DNA of 63,267 nt, counting the filler, from Octopus bimaculoides (Eukaryota), in assembly GCF_001194135.2 (NCBI RefSeq). It is 5 parts of 5 records of this genome, joined end to end, with 100 filler letters (N's around TTAATTAATTAA, not from the genome) between each part and the next. Parts side by side here need not be neighbours in the genome. Positions count along the whole stretch, not along the records: positions 1 to 9,381 come from NC_069010.1; positions 9,482 to 37,633 come from NC_069008.1; 3 more parts are not named here. One strand, given 5' to 3'. How positions within the stretch are numbered: the first letter of the stretch is position 1; each line of letters opens with the position of its first letter. Of the stretch, positions 1-13,985 are shown piece by piece. The notes under the pieces were generated by a model. It did not search any database. It had not been told where the DNA came from and worked only from the letters and a program-made list of their open reading frames with translations. The translations under genes and the position numbers were made by a program.

Positions 1-75
<75 letters not shown>

Positions 76-290
76 GTACACACTCACACATGTAAGTATA
101 CATGTATAGTGAGTATGTGTGTGTGTGTGTCTAATAGACACACACACATACACAGACACACATAGACATACTAACTTATGCCCACACAAATACACACACA
201 CAGACACACACACAAACGGCTACAGACCCACATACATATAGATACAGGCACGCACACGCATGTGCTCACCTAGGTTGTTCAGCCATTATA

Positions 291-383
291 CAGCCGCTAG
301 GGGGTGCTGGCAGTGGTGTAACAATGACGTCACGGATGAGTCACGGCACAAAGTTGGTTCAGTCAAAATTTTACGTCACATGA
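291..383. promoter_or_regulatory. Candidate enhancer/insulator: CTCF-like site plus CRE, AP-1, CRE-like and E-box motifs
   Basis: cagccgctagggggtgctg (291-309), TGACGTCA (325-332), TGAGTCA (337-343), TTACGTCA (371-378), TCACATGA (376-383). Confidence 0.5.
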
Positions 384-402
384 CCAAAGGATTTTCCTGG
401 GG

Positions 403-764
403 GAAAAAACAACAACCCCACCTCTACCACCACCACCATCACCATCATAATCACCACCTCCAACACCACAATCTCCTTTGTCAGCATGACCACAACTACT
501 AAAACCACCACCACCACAACCATCACCACCACCTCCACCACTACATGTACAACAGTAATGGTTTTGTATGAAGATAGTAGTTGTGGTGCCGGTATAAATG
601 ATGATGGTAGTGGTGGTGGTGGTGGTGGAGCTGGTAGCAGTAGTAGTAGTAGTAGCAGAAGCGGCGGCGGCGATGGTGGTGGTGTGGTGGAGGTGGTGGT
701 TGTAGTTGGTGTACTTGTAGTAGTAATAGTCGTCATGGTGGTAGAGATGGTAGTGGTTGTGATG

Positions 765-804
<40 letters not shown>

Positions 805-910
805 TAGTGGTGGTGGTGGTGGTGGTGGCATTGATCCTGGTGGTCCTGGTGGCAATCGCAATGATGGTGATGATGGCAGAGGTGGTGGTGGTGGTGGTGG
901 TGGTGGTGGT
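403..910. repeat. Mixed trinucleotide low-complexity tract (CAC/GTG/GTA)
   Basis: Direct reading; runs into an N gap. Confidence 0.9.
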
Positions 911-1168
911 NNNNNNNNNNNNNNNNNNNNNNNNNNNNNNNNNNNNNNNNNNNNNNNNNNNNNNNNNNNNNNNNNNNNNNNNNNNNNNNNNNNNNNNNNN
1001 NNNNNNNNNNNNNNNNNNNNNNNNNNNNNNNNNNNNNNNNNNNNNNNNNNNNNNNNNNNNNNNNNNNNNNNNNNNNNNNNNNNNTCGAAGTTAGAATAAA
1101 GTTTAGTGTGTGTGTGAGTGTATGAGAGCGAAATAGTTTGTATAGTTTGAAATTATATATATTTATAT

Positions 1169-1199
<31 letters not shown>

Positions 1200-1335
1200 T
1201 ATATATAATATATATATATATATATATACATCCAAGCAGACATACACATACACTCACACATGCATACATATAAATATAAATGGATAAGACACACACACAT
1301 CTAAGCATGCTTACACATCTACATACATACATGTG

Positions 1336-1393
<58 letters not shown>

Positions 1394-2052
1394 TACACAC
1401 ACCCATACATCTATACATGCTTACACATCTACCGGTAAGGTTGTTAATTTTGAAACCGGTACCTATTTAATAATGATTTTTTAGGTAATTTAAATGTCTT
1501 GCCTGCTTACGCATTTGGTATCCCGCTAAATTCCGTTTTGAGAACAATTTAGGTCTTAGTAGACACAAGATGTGATCTATTTCTAGCACATTGAATGTCC
1601 ACGTTAGTGGTCAACGTTATATATAAAAATACATGTATACAGAGATAGAAGTATATCCATATATATATGTATGTACATATATATATATATATACACACAC
1701 ACATGCCCATGCAGCATGCATATATAATGGATACACATCTGCCTACGTATATACACAACATACATATTTACATACAAATACATACATACACACATACATA
1801 CATACATACATGCATACAGAAACACAGAAATATACACACCCACAATATGCAAATCAGCGTATTTACCTGTCAGTGGACACAGCACAGGTAAATACGATTT
1901 TCTTAATTAAGACATTCCAATCAATATATAACAGGTAAGAGGATCAGGAAAAGGAATTATTAACTATTTTTAGAACAGTAGAAGAGAATAGGTAAAAATA
2001 TACAAATCCGATTTTGTGAAATTCCCCCCTGAAATATAAATATTAATATATA

Positions 2053-2217
2053 GGTGCAGGTGAGGCAGTGTGGTAAGAAGCTTGCTTCTCAACCACATGG
2101 TTCTGGGTTCAGACCCACTGCATGGCACCTTTGGCAAGTGTCTTCTACTATAGCCTCGGGCTGACCAAAGCCTTGTGAATTAATTTGGTAGGTGGAAAAC
2201 TGAAAGAATCCTGTTGA
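2053..2217 (+). mobile_element. SINE family A copy
   Basis: Same head as 47590. Confidence 0.85.
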
Positions 2218-3885
2218 ATATATATATATATATATNNNNNNNNNNNNNNNNNNNNNNNNNNNNNNNNNNNNNNNNNNNNNNNNNNNNNNNNNNNNNNNNN
2301 NNNNNNNNNNNNNNNNNNNNNNNNNNNNNNNNNNNNNNNNNNNNNNNNNNNNNNNNNNNNNNNNNNNNNNNNNNNNNNNNNNNNNNNNNNNNNNNNNNNN
2401 NNNNNNNNNNNNNNNNNNNNNNNNNNNNNNNNNNNNNNNNNNNNNNNNNNNNNNNNNNNNNNNNNNNNNNNNNNNNNNNNNNNNNNNNNNNNNNNNNNNN
2501 NNNNNNNNNNNNNNNNNNNNNNNNNNNNNNNNNNNNNNNNNNNNNNNNNNNNNNNNNNNNNNNNNNNNNNNNNNNNNNNNNNNNNNNNNNNNNNNNNNNN
2601 NNNNNNNNNNNNNNNNNNNNNNNNNNNNNNNNNNNNNNNNNNNNNNNNNNNNNNNNNNNNNNNNNNNNNNNNNNNNNNNNNNNNNNNNNNNNNNNNNNNN
2701 NNNNNNNNNNNNNNNNNNNNNNNNNNNNNNNNNNNNNNNNNNNNNNNNNNNNNNNNNNNNNNNNNNNNNNNNNTATATGCATATGCTCGAAATGGGGAGT
2801 AGATACACAGCCGAAACTGATGAAGGGGCGTTCTTTGTGTTACTTGTCCTGTTTTTCCATTTGTTTCTCTCGTTGTTTGCATGTTGATCTTATTTGTTTT
2901 CGTATTTCATGTTGTTTACTGTTGGTGACATCCTGTACCCATATATGTACATGTGTGTATGTATATATATATATATATAAGGACCAAGATACTTGGCACA
3001 TTTCTGTACTCAAAAGGACCTGTACTCCACAGCATAAGTGTTGAGGCCACTCCTCTTGGCGAAAAGGATTGGCCTTCAAGAGCCTTCTGCCGGTAAAAGC
3101 ACCCAGTACACTCTGTAAAGTGGTTGGCATTTGGAAAGGCCTCCAGCATCTAGAAACCATGCGAAATCAGACTGGAACCTGGTGCAGCTAGCTCTCCAGC
3201 TCCGGTCAAAATGTCCAACCCATGCCAGCGTGGACAATAAATGATGATGATAATGATATACATGCATGTGCATATTTAAACATGCAAGCATTTATATATA
3301 TTTTGGTGAGTAACACGAGTGTTTATGTGTGATATAATGCCAATCAAATATTTTTAACAAAGTAAAAGGAAAGATAACAAAGTCAGAAATTCATTACGCA
3401 TAGAAATAATTTAATTACATATGATATATATAATATATATATATAATATCTTTTTTGTTTATTTGTTTCATGTTTTCTTTAATATTTATAATATCTAATA
3501 TATAGAAATATACAAAAATAAATAAATAATACGAATAAATACAATTTTTATAAATAATGAAATTCGGAAAGGGGAAAAAAAAAAAAATAAAATCGTAAAA
3601 GAAACGAAGAAATTTTGTGTGATGAATCAGGAGAAAAGAAAAAACAAAAAACAAAAAAAAAACTTAAACTTTAAAAATAAAAATGAAACACCATCATTTA
3701 GATGGTTTTTAAATATGTTTTATGAATATATGTGTGAGAGAGATTAGGAGAAAGTTTAATTTAGCATGAAAGAGAAGAGAATATATGGAGATACTTAAGA
3801 AAAAAAAAAATGCTAGAAGCAGACAACTGCTTGGTAGCCATTTTGAAAAATGTTTCTATAATATTTTGTTGAATGCTTTGGAGAT

Positions 3886-3932
<47 letters not shown>

Positions 3933-5961
3933 GTTATTTTGGGGCTTAATTTTTAATTCTATTATATAATGGTATTCATTTGGCTTCTGGTCCAATTTGT
4001 ATTGTTACTGCTTTTTTTTCCAAAATATTTGAATAATTATTTTAAAATTCTGTTCTTAATATACCTATCTTTTTCTTTTAAATAAAAGGTGTTCATTTAT
4101 TCTACATCTTTAATTTATTTTCTTTTATAATTCTTGATTGAATTTTTGTTGTCATATATATGTATGTGTGTGTATATATATATACATATATATACATACA
4201 TACATACACACACTTTAGAGGGTTTTTTTTTTCTTCTCTTTCCTTTCCGGATAACATGTCTCCTCTGCTAACACACATTAAATAAAAAATAAATACAAAT
4301 TCATACCAAAAATTATATTACATACATACACACATATATATATACATATATGTATGCATACATGTATGTATATATATATGTGTGTAATAAACACACAGAC
4401 ATTCTATATAAATTACACACATACACACAAACAAACACATACATACAAACACACATACATATTTATATATATATATATAAAGAGATATTTTTATCATCAC
4501 TGTTCTGTTTGTATTATTCTTGAAACATCATTTTGTTTGTACCACAAAGGCACGACTTGGAAAAAAAATCACTTTATTTTTCATCATTAAAAAAAAAAAA
4601 CTGTAAAAAGTTTTTGTAACCACAAAAAAAATATATATTTATAATTGAATAAAAAAAAATCCCCCAAAAATGTACAAAAAAATTGTTCAGAAAGAATGAA
4701 TCTCATTTTGAGCTCCCAATTCCACACAGCTTTCTTTTCAAGTTTAATGAATATAATAATATATTTCTTGAAGAAACGCTGTGAGGCAATGGTGATGATA
4801 TTGGTGGCCATTTTGTTTTGCGTTTGTCTTTCTTCTTTATCATTCAGTAAATATTTGTTCATCCATTATAATAATAATAATAATATTGATAATAATAATA
4901 TTATTAATAATCAGGATGATAATAATAACATTATTCATTCATTTCTTTTTTCTTTTCAAATTATTGTTTGTTTGAAAACAACAAACTAAAAAAGTCGGTG
5001 GGTTTTGTTCAAAATTTCATTTAAATATTTGTCTTTCATTCTCTGAGTATCTTTAATTTCATTTTTCTTCTGGCCAATCCCCGCCAACCCTTACCAAAAA
5101 CCCCTCCCCCAACAACATGTGTGAATTTGTGTATAACTTATTCAAGTTTTTTTTTTTTTTTTTTTTTAGAGATTTTTATATTATATTTCTCAACAAACGG
5201 ACCAAACGACCAACGGACAGACAAATTAGACAGATAGATACAGATATATAAATAAACATATAGATAAATAAAGATAGATACACAATTTTATATAATCATA
5301 CTGGCTGCAGTTTCATGTTTTAACGTCTTTTATTCTCATTTTTATTTTTATTCTCTCTCTTTCAAATCTCATTTTGATAATACTGGAATGTTCATAGTTG
5401 AAAACACATTACATATATATAATGTTATTTCAGTTATTTGGCTTGTACATATATATATACATATACATATATATATATGGTTCAACACAGTCTGTCAATG
5501 CCATTGTTACAAGACCTGTCTTTACCTGCTCTCTCTCCTGCATCTCTTACATCTTCCATATGGTATGTGTGTGTGTATATATATACACATACATACATAC
5601 ATACATATATTATACACACACCACACAAAAAAGGGAAGATTATTGCAAATAACAACACTACTATTACAGATATCACACACACACGCATGTATGTACCCGT
5701 ACAATCTGAGAAAAGGAGAGATGAGGTTTGACGGTCAACCAATAATAACAATAATAATGATAATGATAATAATAATGGTTTCTGATTTTGGTACAAGGCC
5801 AGCAGTTTTGAGATTGAAGGGGGGCTTTAACAAATACCATCGACCCCAACGTATCACTGGTAGCATATTTTATTGTGTTCAGAAGGATTTCTGTGGTCAT
5901 TATTATTATTTCTGACTAGTTACATTTTTATCAATACTGTTTAGACTAGATATACATATAC

Positions 5962-5999
<38 letters not shown>

Positions 6000-6620
6000 T
6001 TATATATATGTATTATATTACAATGGCAACTGATTGACGGTGATGACAGCAGTGGTAGTGGTTTGTGTGTTTTGATTAGTTGATTGGTTTTGTGAATTGG
6101 CTATTGTTGAGGAATTTTCACCATCACTCATTCATCGTTTGTTTCGACACGGAGAGAGAGAGATTTAATAAGACTAGCTTCATTTGACCGATTCCCAAGT
6201 CTCACACAAACACACACACACACGCACGCACGCACGCACACGTGCACCATATATTTGCATGTCTTTACGTCGTCTTTACGTCGTCTTTACGTTACAGACT
6301 CAGTAGGTGTGACACAGCATGTGGATGTGACCAAAAAAAAAAGTAAAAAAAACAAACAAACTCCCAGGCGGTCGATGGAACCTGGGAGATATCTCGGACA
6401 CGCGTCTCCATCAAAGACAGTTTTTTTATTTTTCCCTGACTGGCTTGGTCGATTCGCAGCCATGAGCCGAAAGACATGCTGCTACAAAGAAGCCTCCTTT
6501 CGACCACGACTGCTCTCATCTCACTCGGCTCTCTCTCTCTCTCTCATACACACACATGCGCGCGCGCGTATAGACACAATCAAAAGATATACAGAAGATT
6601 TACAAAAACTGGACGCTTCG

Positions 6621-6895
6621 CTATAACCAGCTGTCAATCTCGTCAAACTCTTCCCGCGATTTCTCAGGGATTCTAGGCGAGAGTCCGTTGTTTAAGGATT
6701 GTTCAAACTCCATGAGTTGTCCCATGAAGTTAAAATTCGGCGAAATGATTGCACGCTTTTGCTTGACATATCGGTAAGCATCTGTCATACTGAGGGTGGA
6801 GTGTTTCAGTAAATATGCGATGGTCACAGTTGCCGACCGTGATACTCCGGCTTGACAATGGATTAAGATCTTGGCGCCGTTTCGTTTGGCCTCAT
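6621..6895 (-). CDS. DUSP10: Terminal coding exon of a dual-specificity MAPK phosphatase, DUSP10/MKP-5/puckered-like
   Basis: After a tttatttgcag acceptor the minus strand reads [32 protein letters not shown]...[21 protein letters not shown]...TAG. It has the HCxxGxSRS active site; [11 protein letters not shown] and EFExxLNNG best resemble DUSP10 (from memory). Upstream exons not found. Confidence 0.88.
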
Positions 6896-9381
6896 CTGCA
6901 AATAAACAAAAAGAAGAGAAAATTAAAATCTAAGATAAAATTAACAGAATTTTTGTTGTTGTTGACATCATAAGAAATTTATAAACTTCAAGAGAAACAT
7001 CATCATCATCATCATTTAACATCCACATTCCAAGCTGGCATGGGTTAGATGGTTTGACTGGAACTGGTAAGTTAGAGAGCTGCACCAGGTTCCAGTCTGA
7101 TTTGCCATGGTTTCTACAGCTGGATGCCCCTCCTAATGCCAACCACTCCAAGAGTGTAGTGGGTGCCCTGTATTGCCATCAGCACGGGTGAAATAATCAT
7201 TGTTTTTGGAATGATGAATCTTGAAGTGCACAAAGCTAGGTGTAGACATTGGGTTGAAAAACCCTTTGAGATAGAAAAGTGAAATGCTGCTCATAGGATA
7301 TGAGCCCACATCCCCTTTTGGGTTTTTTTCTACCTGAAGAATTTTCAACACCATATTTACACGCTAATATGGGCCTTATGCACCTCAAGAATCAGCATTT
7401 CAAATGTTTGCGTTTTAATATATATATAAACAGCTAGGCACAATATAATACCATAACATTTTTCATATATATATATAGGTAAGAAGCTTGCTCCCCAATC
7501 ACATGGATCTGGGTTCAGTCCCACTGTGTGGTAACTTGGGCAAGTGTCTTCTATTATAGTCTCGGGCTGACAAAGACCTTGTGAGTGGATTTGGTAGACG
7601 GAAACTGAAAGAAGCCCATCGTATGTACATTCTATCGGTGTCTTTTGCTTAACTGCTAAGTTATAGGGATGTAAACATACCAACACTGGTTGTCAAGTGG
7701 TGATGGGAGACAAACACACACACACATGTTTATGTCCCCGTAACTTAGCAGTTAGGCATAAGAGACTGATAGAATAAGTGCTACGCTTAAAAAAGAAAAA
7801 GGGGAAAGAAAGTCTTGGGGTCGATTCGTTCGACTAAAACCCTTCAAGGTGGTGCCCCAGCATGGCCAGTCTACCGACTGAAACAAGCATAAGAATAAAA
7901 GAATATATATGTATACATACACACGGCGGGACATAAAATGTTTCTTTGCCCCCTTTTAATTCGTCACTCGTCGCCCCCAGCCATTTTAAACAGTCTCATC
8001 TACCCCCCCCCCATACCCCATCCACTCACATCAAACTACCTCATTCACCCACCACCACCACCGCCGCCATCATTATCACCCCATCATGCAAANNNNNNNN
8101 NNNNNNNNNNNNNNNNNNNNNNNNNNNNNNNNNNNNNNNNNNNNNNNNNNNNNNNNNNNNNNNNNNNNNNNNNNNNNNNNNNNNNNNNNNNNNNNNNNNN
8201 NNNNNNNNNNNNNNNNNNNNNNNNNGTGGGGATGGGTGAAATGGAGTGTGGGGGGTACAGAGGAAATTACACCCTCCCCCATCCCCAAAGTCCCTATGTG
8301 TCTGCAGTGGTGGCGGCAGTGGCCAAGGGACGCTGAAGTGAGGGGGGCAGTAGAGGTGGGTCATTCTAGGAGCCATAATGATAACATCGCTGCTGCTGCT
8401 GTTGTATTTGTTTAGCCCATGGTTAGCACAACAGGAGCAGACCTTTGATCAAAAAAAAAAAAAGAAAAAAAGACAATCCAGTTATGACCATTCTGCTAAG
8501 CGGCACCACTCGTGGGTGCAGACTCCAACTTGCGAGCACAGTAAGCGTTTTTAATAGGGTCAGGTGAGAAAAAAACCCTGATACTGACCCCCTATTGTAA
8601 CCCAGGACCATCCATTTCATGGTTGGGTGGTCAGCGACCAAACTGCACCCATCTCTGGCATACTAGGTGAGATGGACATTGTGGTCACCATGGAGGACTA
8701 AAAGCAAAACATGTCAAAGGACGGTCGAGCTCCTTCTGAACCAAGCAGCTGACCCAAGGACTGTACCCACAGAAAATCCGGTGAAAGACAATTTGTACCC
8801 TGGATGAATCACCTTCTTTAATAAGTTATTTTATTTCTATTTTTTTTTTACTTGTCCCAGTCAGACTGTGGCCATGCTGGGGCACCATCTTTAAAGAACT
8901 TTAGTTCAACGAATTGACCCCTGGACTTATTTTCTTTTCAAAGCCTGATCCTTGTTCTATCAGCCTCTTTTAACCAAATTGCCAAGTTACAGGGACATAA
9001 ACACACCAGCACTGGTTCTCAAGCGGTGGTTGGGGACAAACAGACAGACACACATACATGTGTGTATGTGTATGTGTATGTGTGTGTGTGTACGCATATA
9101 GGTGTTTTGTGTGTGTGTGTGTGTGTGTGTGTGTACGCATATAGGTGTGTGTGTGTGTGTGTGTATGTGTTCTCAGCCACCACTCGACAACAGATGTTGG
9201 TTCGTTTGTACTTTTCTGTAACTTAGCAATTCAGCGAAAGGGACTGATAGAATAAGCACCAGGCTTCAAATGACTGAAACAAAGAGAAAGATAAAAGTGG
9301 CTGTGTGGCAAGAAGCTTGCTTCCCAATCACATGGTGCTGAGTTCAGTCCCACTGCATGGCACCTTGGGCAAGTGTCTTCT

Positions 9382-9481
9382 NNNNNNNNNNNNNNNNNNN
9401 NNNNNNNNNNNNNNNNNNNNNNNNNTTAATTAATTAANNNNNNNNNNNNNNNNNNNNNNNNNNNNNNNNNNNNNNNNNNNN
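9382..9481. other. Artificial assembly join (44 N + TTAATTAATTAA + 44 N)
   Basis: Six-frame-stop linker, identical at four places. Confidence 0.95.
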
Positions 9482-11780
9482 ATATTTTTTTTTTTTCATA
9501 TGTATATTCATAAAGAAGTATGGATGTGTGTGCAAATCTGTCAGTCTGTCTGTGCCTAGCTATCTCTTTCTATCTATCTATGTCTCTGTCTATATATCTA
9601 TCTGTCTGTCTGTCTATATATCTACCTATCTTCCTATCTATCTATCTTCCTATCTATCTATCTTCCTATCTATCTATCTTCCTATCTATCTATCAGCCTG
9701 TCGGTCTATCTATCTGTCTATCTGTTGTCTCTGCCTGTCTGTATTTCTATCTATCTGTCGAGATAGATAGATAGATAAATAGACAGACAGACTACGAGAT
9801 AAATAGCTAACTATCTTGTGTGTTTACATTTGTTCTCTATTAAAGCTACAAGTAGAGTTATCCCTTTTCTTTTTTGCTTATCAATCATTGCCGTAGAAGA
9901 TATATGAAATACGAGATCCCTTACTTGAAAAATAGGGTTGGCCACAGGGTGGGTAATGAGGAAATGAATGTGTGTGTTTGTAGCTTGATAGTCATACAAG
10001 TGGTGGTGTTTGTTTGCAATCTTCTGTGGAAACATGTCCAGGCATTATGCCATCTTGTTCTGAAGGACTAGAGAAAATATTACCTTGCTGAAAAAACACA
10101 GGTAATATGAAGAGCATTGTGTTGTAGAAAAACTGCTTTAATGAGTTTGATCTAACCCATAGAAACATGGAAAAATGTTGGTTGAAATGATGATGAGAAT
10201 GTGCTGCAAGCTATTGTGCTCTTCTTGGTCCCAGTTTCCTCAGCTGTAGGCTGCCTTCCATGTGGAAAGTACGCTCTCTCTCTGTGCATTGTATTAATAT
10301 TATGAACATCTTTTATCAGGTGGCAACCTGGCAGAATCCTTACCGTGCCACTAAGCATTCTGCCTGTCTTTACATTCTGGGTTCAAATTCTGCTGAGGTT
10401 GACTTTGCTTTTCATCCTGTCGGAGTCAATAAAATAAGTACCAGTTGTATCCTGGGGTCAGTGTAATTGACTTACTCCCTCTTCCCAAATTGCTGGCCTT
10501 GTGCCAAAACTTGAAACCAGTATTATACCATCTCTTTCTTTTCTTTTGTTTCAGTCATTAGACTGTGGTCGTGTTGGGGGCCCCACCTTGAAGAAATTTT
10601 AGTTGAACTAATTGATCCCCACTGGGTACTTTTTTTTTGTTCGTATCCAGTCCACACTATAAAGTGGTTGGTGTTTGGAAGGGCATCCAGTTGTTAAAAC
10701 CATGCCAAACTGACCTTGCCGGTGCTTGTATCACGTAAAAAGCACTCAGTCCATGCTGCTGGGTGGATGGTGTTAGGGAGGGCATCCAGCTGTAAAAAAA
10801 AAAAACCATGCCAAAATAGACATTGAAGCCTGGTGCAGTCTTCTGCCTGGCTCCTGTCAAAACGTCCAACCCATGCCAGCATGGTAAGTGGACGTTAAAT
10901 GATGACTTATGCCTGGTACTTATTCTGTAGGTCTATTTTGCCAAACTGCTAAGCTATGGGGACATAAATACACCAATACTAATTGTCAAGTGGTGGTGGG
11001 AGACAGACGCACACATATATGACAGGCTTCTTTCAGTTTCCATCTACCAAATCCACTCGCAAGACTTTGGTTGGCCCAAGGCTATAGTAGATGACACTTG
11101 GCTAACCCAGAACCATGTGGTTGGGAAGCAAGATTCTTACAACATAGTCATGACTGCCCCTGTGTGAATAAATATTGCAGCACCTCATTATAATCACTGT
11201 TCTAAGGACTCTGCCAGTCATCCTTTTTATTGTTTATGCAAGTGTTGCCGTGTGGTTCTGAAATTTGCTTCCCAACCACATGGTTTTGTGCTCAGTCCTG
11301 TTGTGTAGCACTTTGGGGCAAGTGTCTTCTGCTGCAGCCCCAGGTAACCAAAGCCCTCTGAGCAAATTTGATGACCAGAAACTGAAAGAACCCTGTTTTG
11401 TGTGTGTAGGTTTGTGTCTCCTTGTCTTTACATCATGTGACACTTGTAAACGAGTGTTACTGTCATACAAGTGGTGTGTCATTCATTTCCAGCACTCTGT
11501 GAAAGCATTACTGGCTACTGTAGCCTTGAATTTACTGAAGCATTGTGAGTTGAGTTAGTAGATGGAAACTGGAAGAAGCCCATTGTGTGTGTGTGCGTGC
11601 CATGTAAAAAGCATTCAGTCCACTCTACATGGTATTTGGTGTTAAGAAGGGCATCCAGCCATAAAGACCATGCCAAAACACACAGTAGCCTAGTGGAGTC
11701 ATCTACCTGGCTGGCTCCTGTGAAACCATTCAACCCATGCCAGCATGGAAGACAGACGTTAAATGATGAGGATTATATAT

Positions 11781-12310
11781 ACAATCATACCTCACCCTAC
11801 GTCATTAATTGGTTCCAGAGGACATGACTTCAGTCGAAATAACCATCATTTAAATGTATATACATGTAATAATTAGAACCAAGGCTAGCCTAGTTTGTCT
11901 TCATGTTAGCCTACGAATTCGGTAAATTGTTGGGCAAGCTTAGGCTGATTTTATATTAGAAAGAAATGATTTTGTGTACTTTACTGGTGGCTAACATTGG
12001 TGTTACTCATCGAGGCTGATGTAGGAGGAGGAGAAGATTACACACGAGATGTTGATGGTTGGGGATCATCAGCTGACTCCTGTTGTGACAGTGTAGATCG
12101 TTGTGCGAACTTGTCTACACTTCCTTGAATTGTCTTTTTCTTCTCTTCAAGGATTAGGTAATAAGGTGCAACAGTATCTTGACAACCCCCTAATATTTTT
12201 ACAAAACGTTGGTGCATTTGGATCCATTTCCTCACAAACTTACCTACTACCCCTATCCAATTCCCCGTACCACTTATATTCACTTCCATGTAACTTGAAA
12301 GGTATGCCCT
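11781..12310 (-). mobile_element. Tigger/pogo-like transposon 3' remnant
   Basis: EEMDPN(fs)RFVKILGGCQDTVAPYYLILEEKKKTIQGSVDKF...ESADDPQPSTS resembles the Tigger transposase C-terminus; TA+CAATCATACCTC end resembles a Tigger TIR. Confidence 0.55.
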
Positions 12311-12499
12311 AAAACATCTTCACCAATACCATCTCTCTTCCCTCTTTCTCTCTCTCTCTTTTCCATCCGGGGGTAGCCATGTATCTCCTCTACAGCAAGA
12401 CTCCTATTTCTGCCCATCATACTTTAACCTCTCATCACCTGGCACAAGGTTGCCTCTGGATACTGCTCCTCATCTGTTGCCAAGCAAAGTAATATTTCC

Positions 12500-13260
12500 C
12501 TAAGTTCTGATATGCTTTCACAGAATATTGGAATTGAAAGACACTGTTTCTACAATAGTAACACTCATTTACAACTATCATGTAATGTTAAGACTGGGAG
12601 ACAAACATACACAGTTACATATATGTATGTATGCATGAGTGAGTGTGTATGTTTATGTGTATATATATACATAAACATTCTTCACCACTTCATCCCACAT
12701 CTTCCTGGGTCTCCTTCTTTTACAGGTTTCATCTACATTTAGGGATCAGCACTTCTTTATGCAGCTGTCCTCATATATGCATTATGTCCTCATTCAAACC
12801 AGCAAAGTCTTCTCTCTTGTACCCAGTTTTTCTCTCAACATATTTGCATCTTGTTGTATATACACTCTGACATGTAGGGACACTGTATTTCGTTATGCAA
12901 CCATAATATGCTACAAAGTGTATTAAACGTTTTTATAAGTTGGTACTGTGTTCTACTGTGCTAGCAGTGCTATTACATCTCTTGTTAAGGTTATTCCTAT
13001 GATTAATGGGTTGGCATATATGCTCATTACCCATTTTTCATCTTTGACCTCATTCGCAACAGGCATCAGAGATACAAAACGTCATAACAAAATTCGTGCT
13101 GGCTATAATTTCTATAGAAAATCTGTAGAGGTAACCTTAGCAAGTGATACATTGTGGTGTTGCACATCCAGCAAAGCATGTTAGCTTTATTTCTTCCAAG
13201 CCTTCCCATGTTCTCTACATTCAGGGCCCATGCTTCACTACCATATAGCATCTATATGTA
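12500..13260 (-). mobile_element. Degenerate RTE-clade LINE fragment
   Basis: MLYGSEAWALNVENMGRLGRNKANMLCWMCN, same family as the 21600-22790 fragment. Confidence 0.75.
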
Positions 13261-13769
13261 TATAGTATATGATATAATATACTGTCTCATCTTGTAGGAT
13301 GAGATCCCCCACAAATCAGCCTGATATCATCTTATAACATGAGATCCACCTCACAATCAGCCTGATATGTGTATATTGCAATACTAGTGCTTGAATAGAT
13401 AATGAGATTCTATATATCACTGACAGGGGAATCAGATGCTATGTCTAGCTGGACATCTGCCATTAACAAGGCCAAAGAAGGCTGAGACCATATGGTCATG
13501 GTCTGGCAGTTTCAGTGGCTGTAGCAGACAGTTCTCACCTGCCAGCAATATAAACGGAGTGCTTTTAGGCACCACAAGTCCATGTGAGACGTTCTCTCAA
13601 GCTAAATAATGCAGTATTCTGTGTTCTAGCACAACATCCACTTTAAGTGGGAGATAAATATTAGCTTTTGGTATTAATACTGCCTCTGTTGCTATAAATT
13701 ATGTATTTCTTGTGTGGCAGGCATATCACTTGGTGTTTCATAACAAAAATTTGTTATTTCTTTACTGCC

Positions 13770-13985
13770 TACATGGGGCTACACACAGAGGGGACAAACA
13801 AGGACAGACAAACGGATTAAGTCGATTATATCTACCCCAGTGCGTAACCGGTACTTATTTAATCGACCCTGAAAGGATGAAAGGCAAAGTCGACCTTGGT
13901 GGAATTTGAACTCAGAACATAGCAGCAGACGAAATACCACTAAGCATTTCGCACGGCGTGCTAACGATTTAGCCAGCTTGCTGCC
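13770..13985 (-). mobile_element. SINE family C copy
   Basis: Reverse complement of the 37899 element. Confidence 0.85.

Noticed and set aside
363-1253. Long His/Thr/Val-rich ORFs in the ORF track (and the many YI/HT/CV ORFs elsewhere)
   Set aside because: Translations of tri- and dinucleotide microsatellites and N gaps
2810-2826. GAAACTGATGA as a hammerhead core
   Set aside because: GAAA and CUGAUGA are adjacent and in an order that cannot form the fold
3400-6620. AU-rich elements in a putative long DUSP 3' UTR (e.g. minus-strand UUAUUUAUUUAUU at 3516-3530)
   Set aside because: Plausible for an MKP mRNA, but the 3' end is unknown and such motifs are common in this AT-rich background
9426-9437. 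TTAATTAATTAA palindrome recurring four times in the window
   Set aside because: Always centred in exactly 44 N + 44 N; an assembly linker with stops in all frames, not biology
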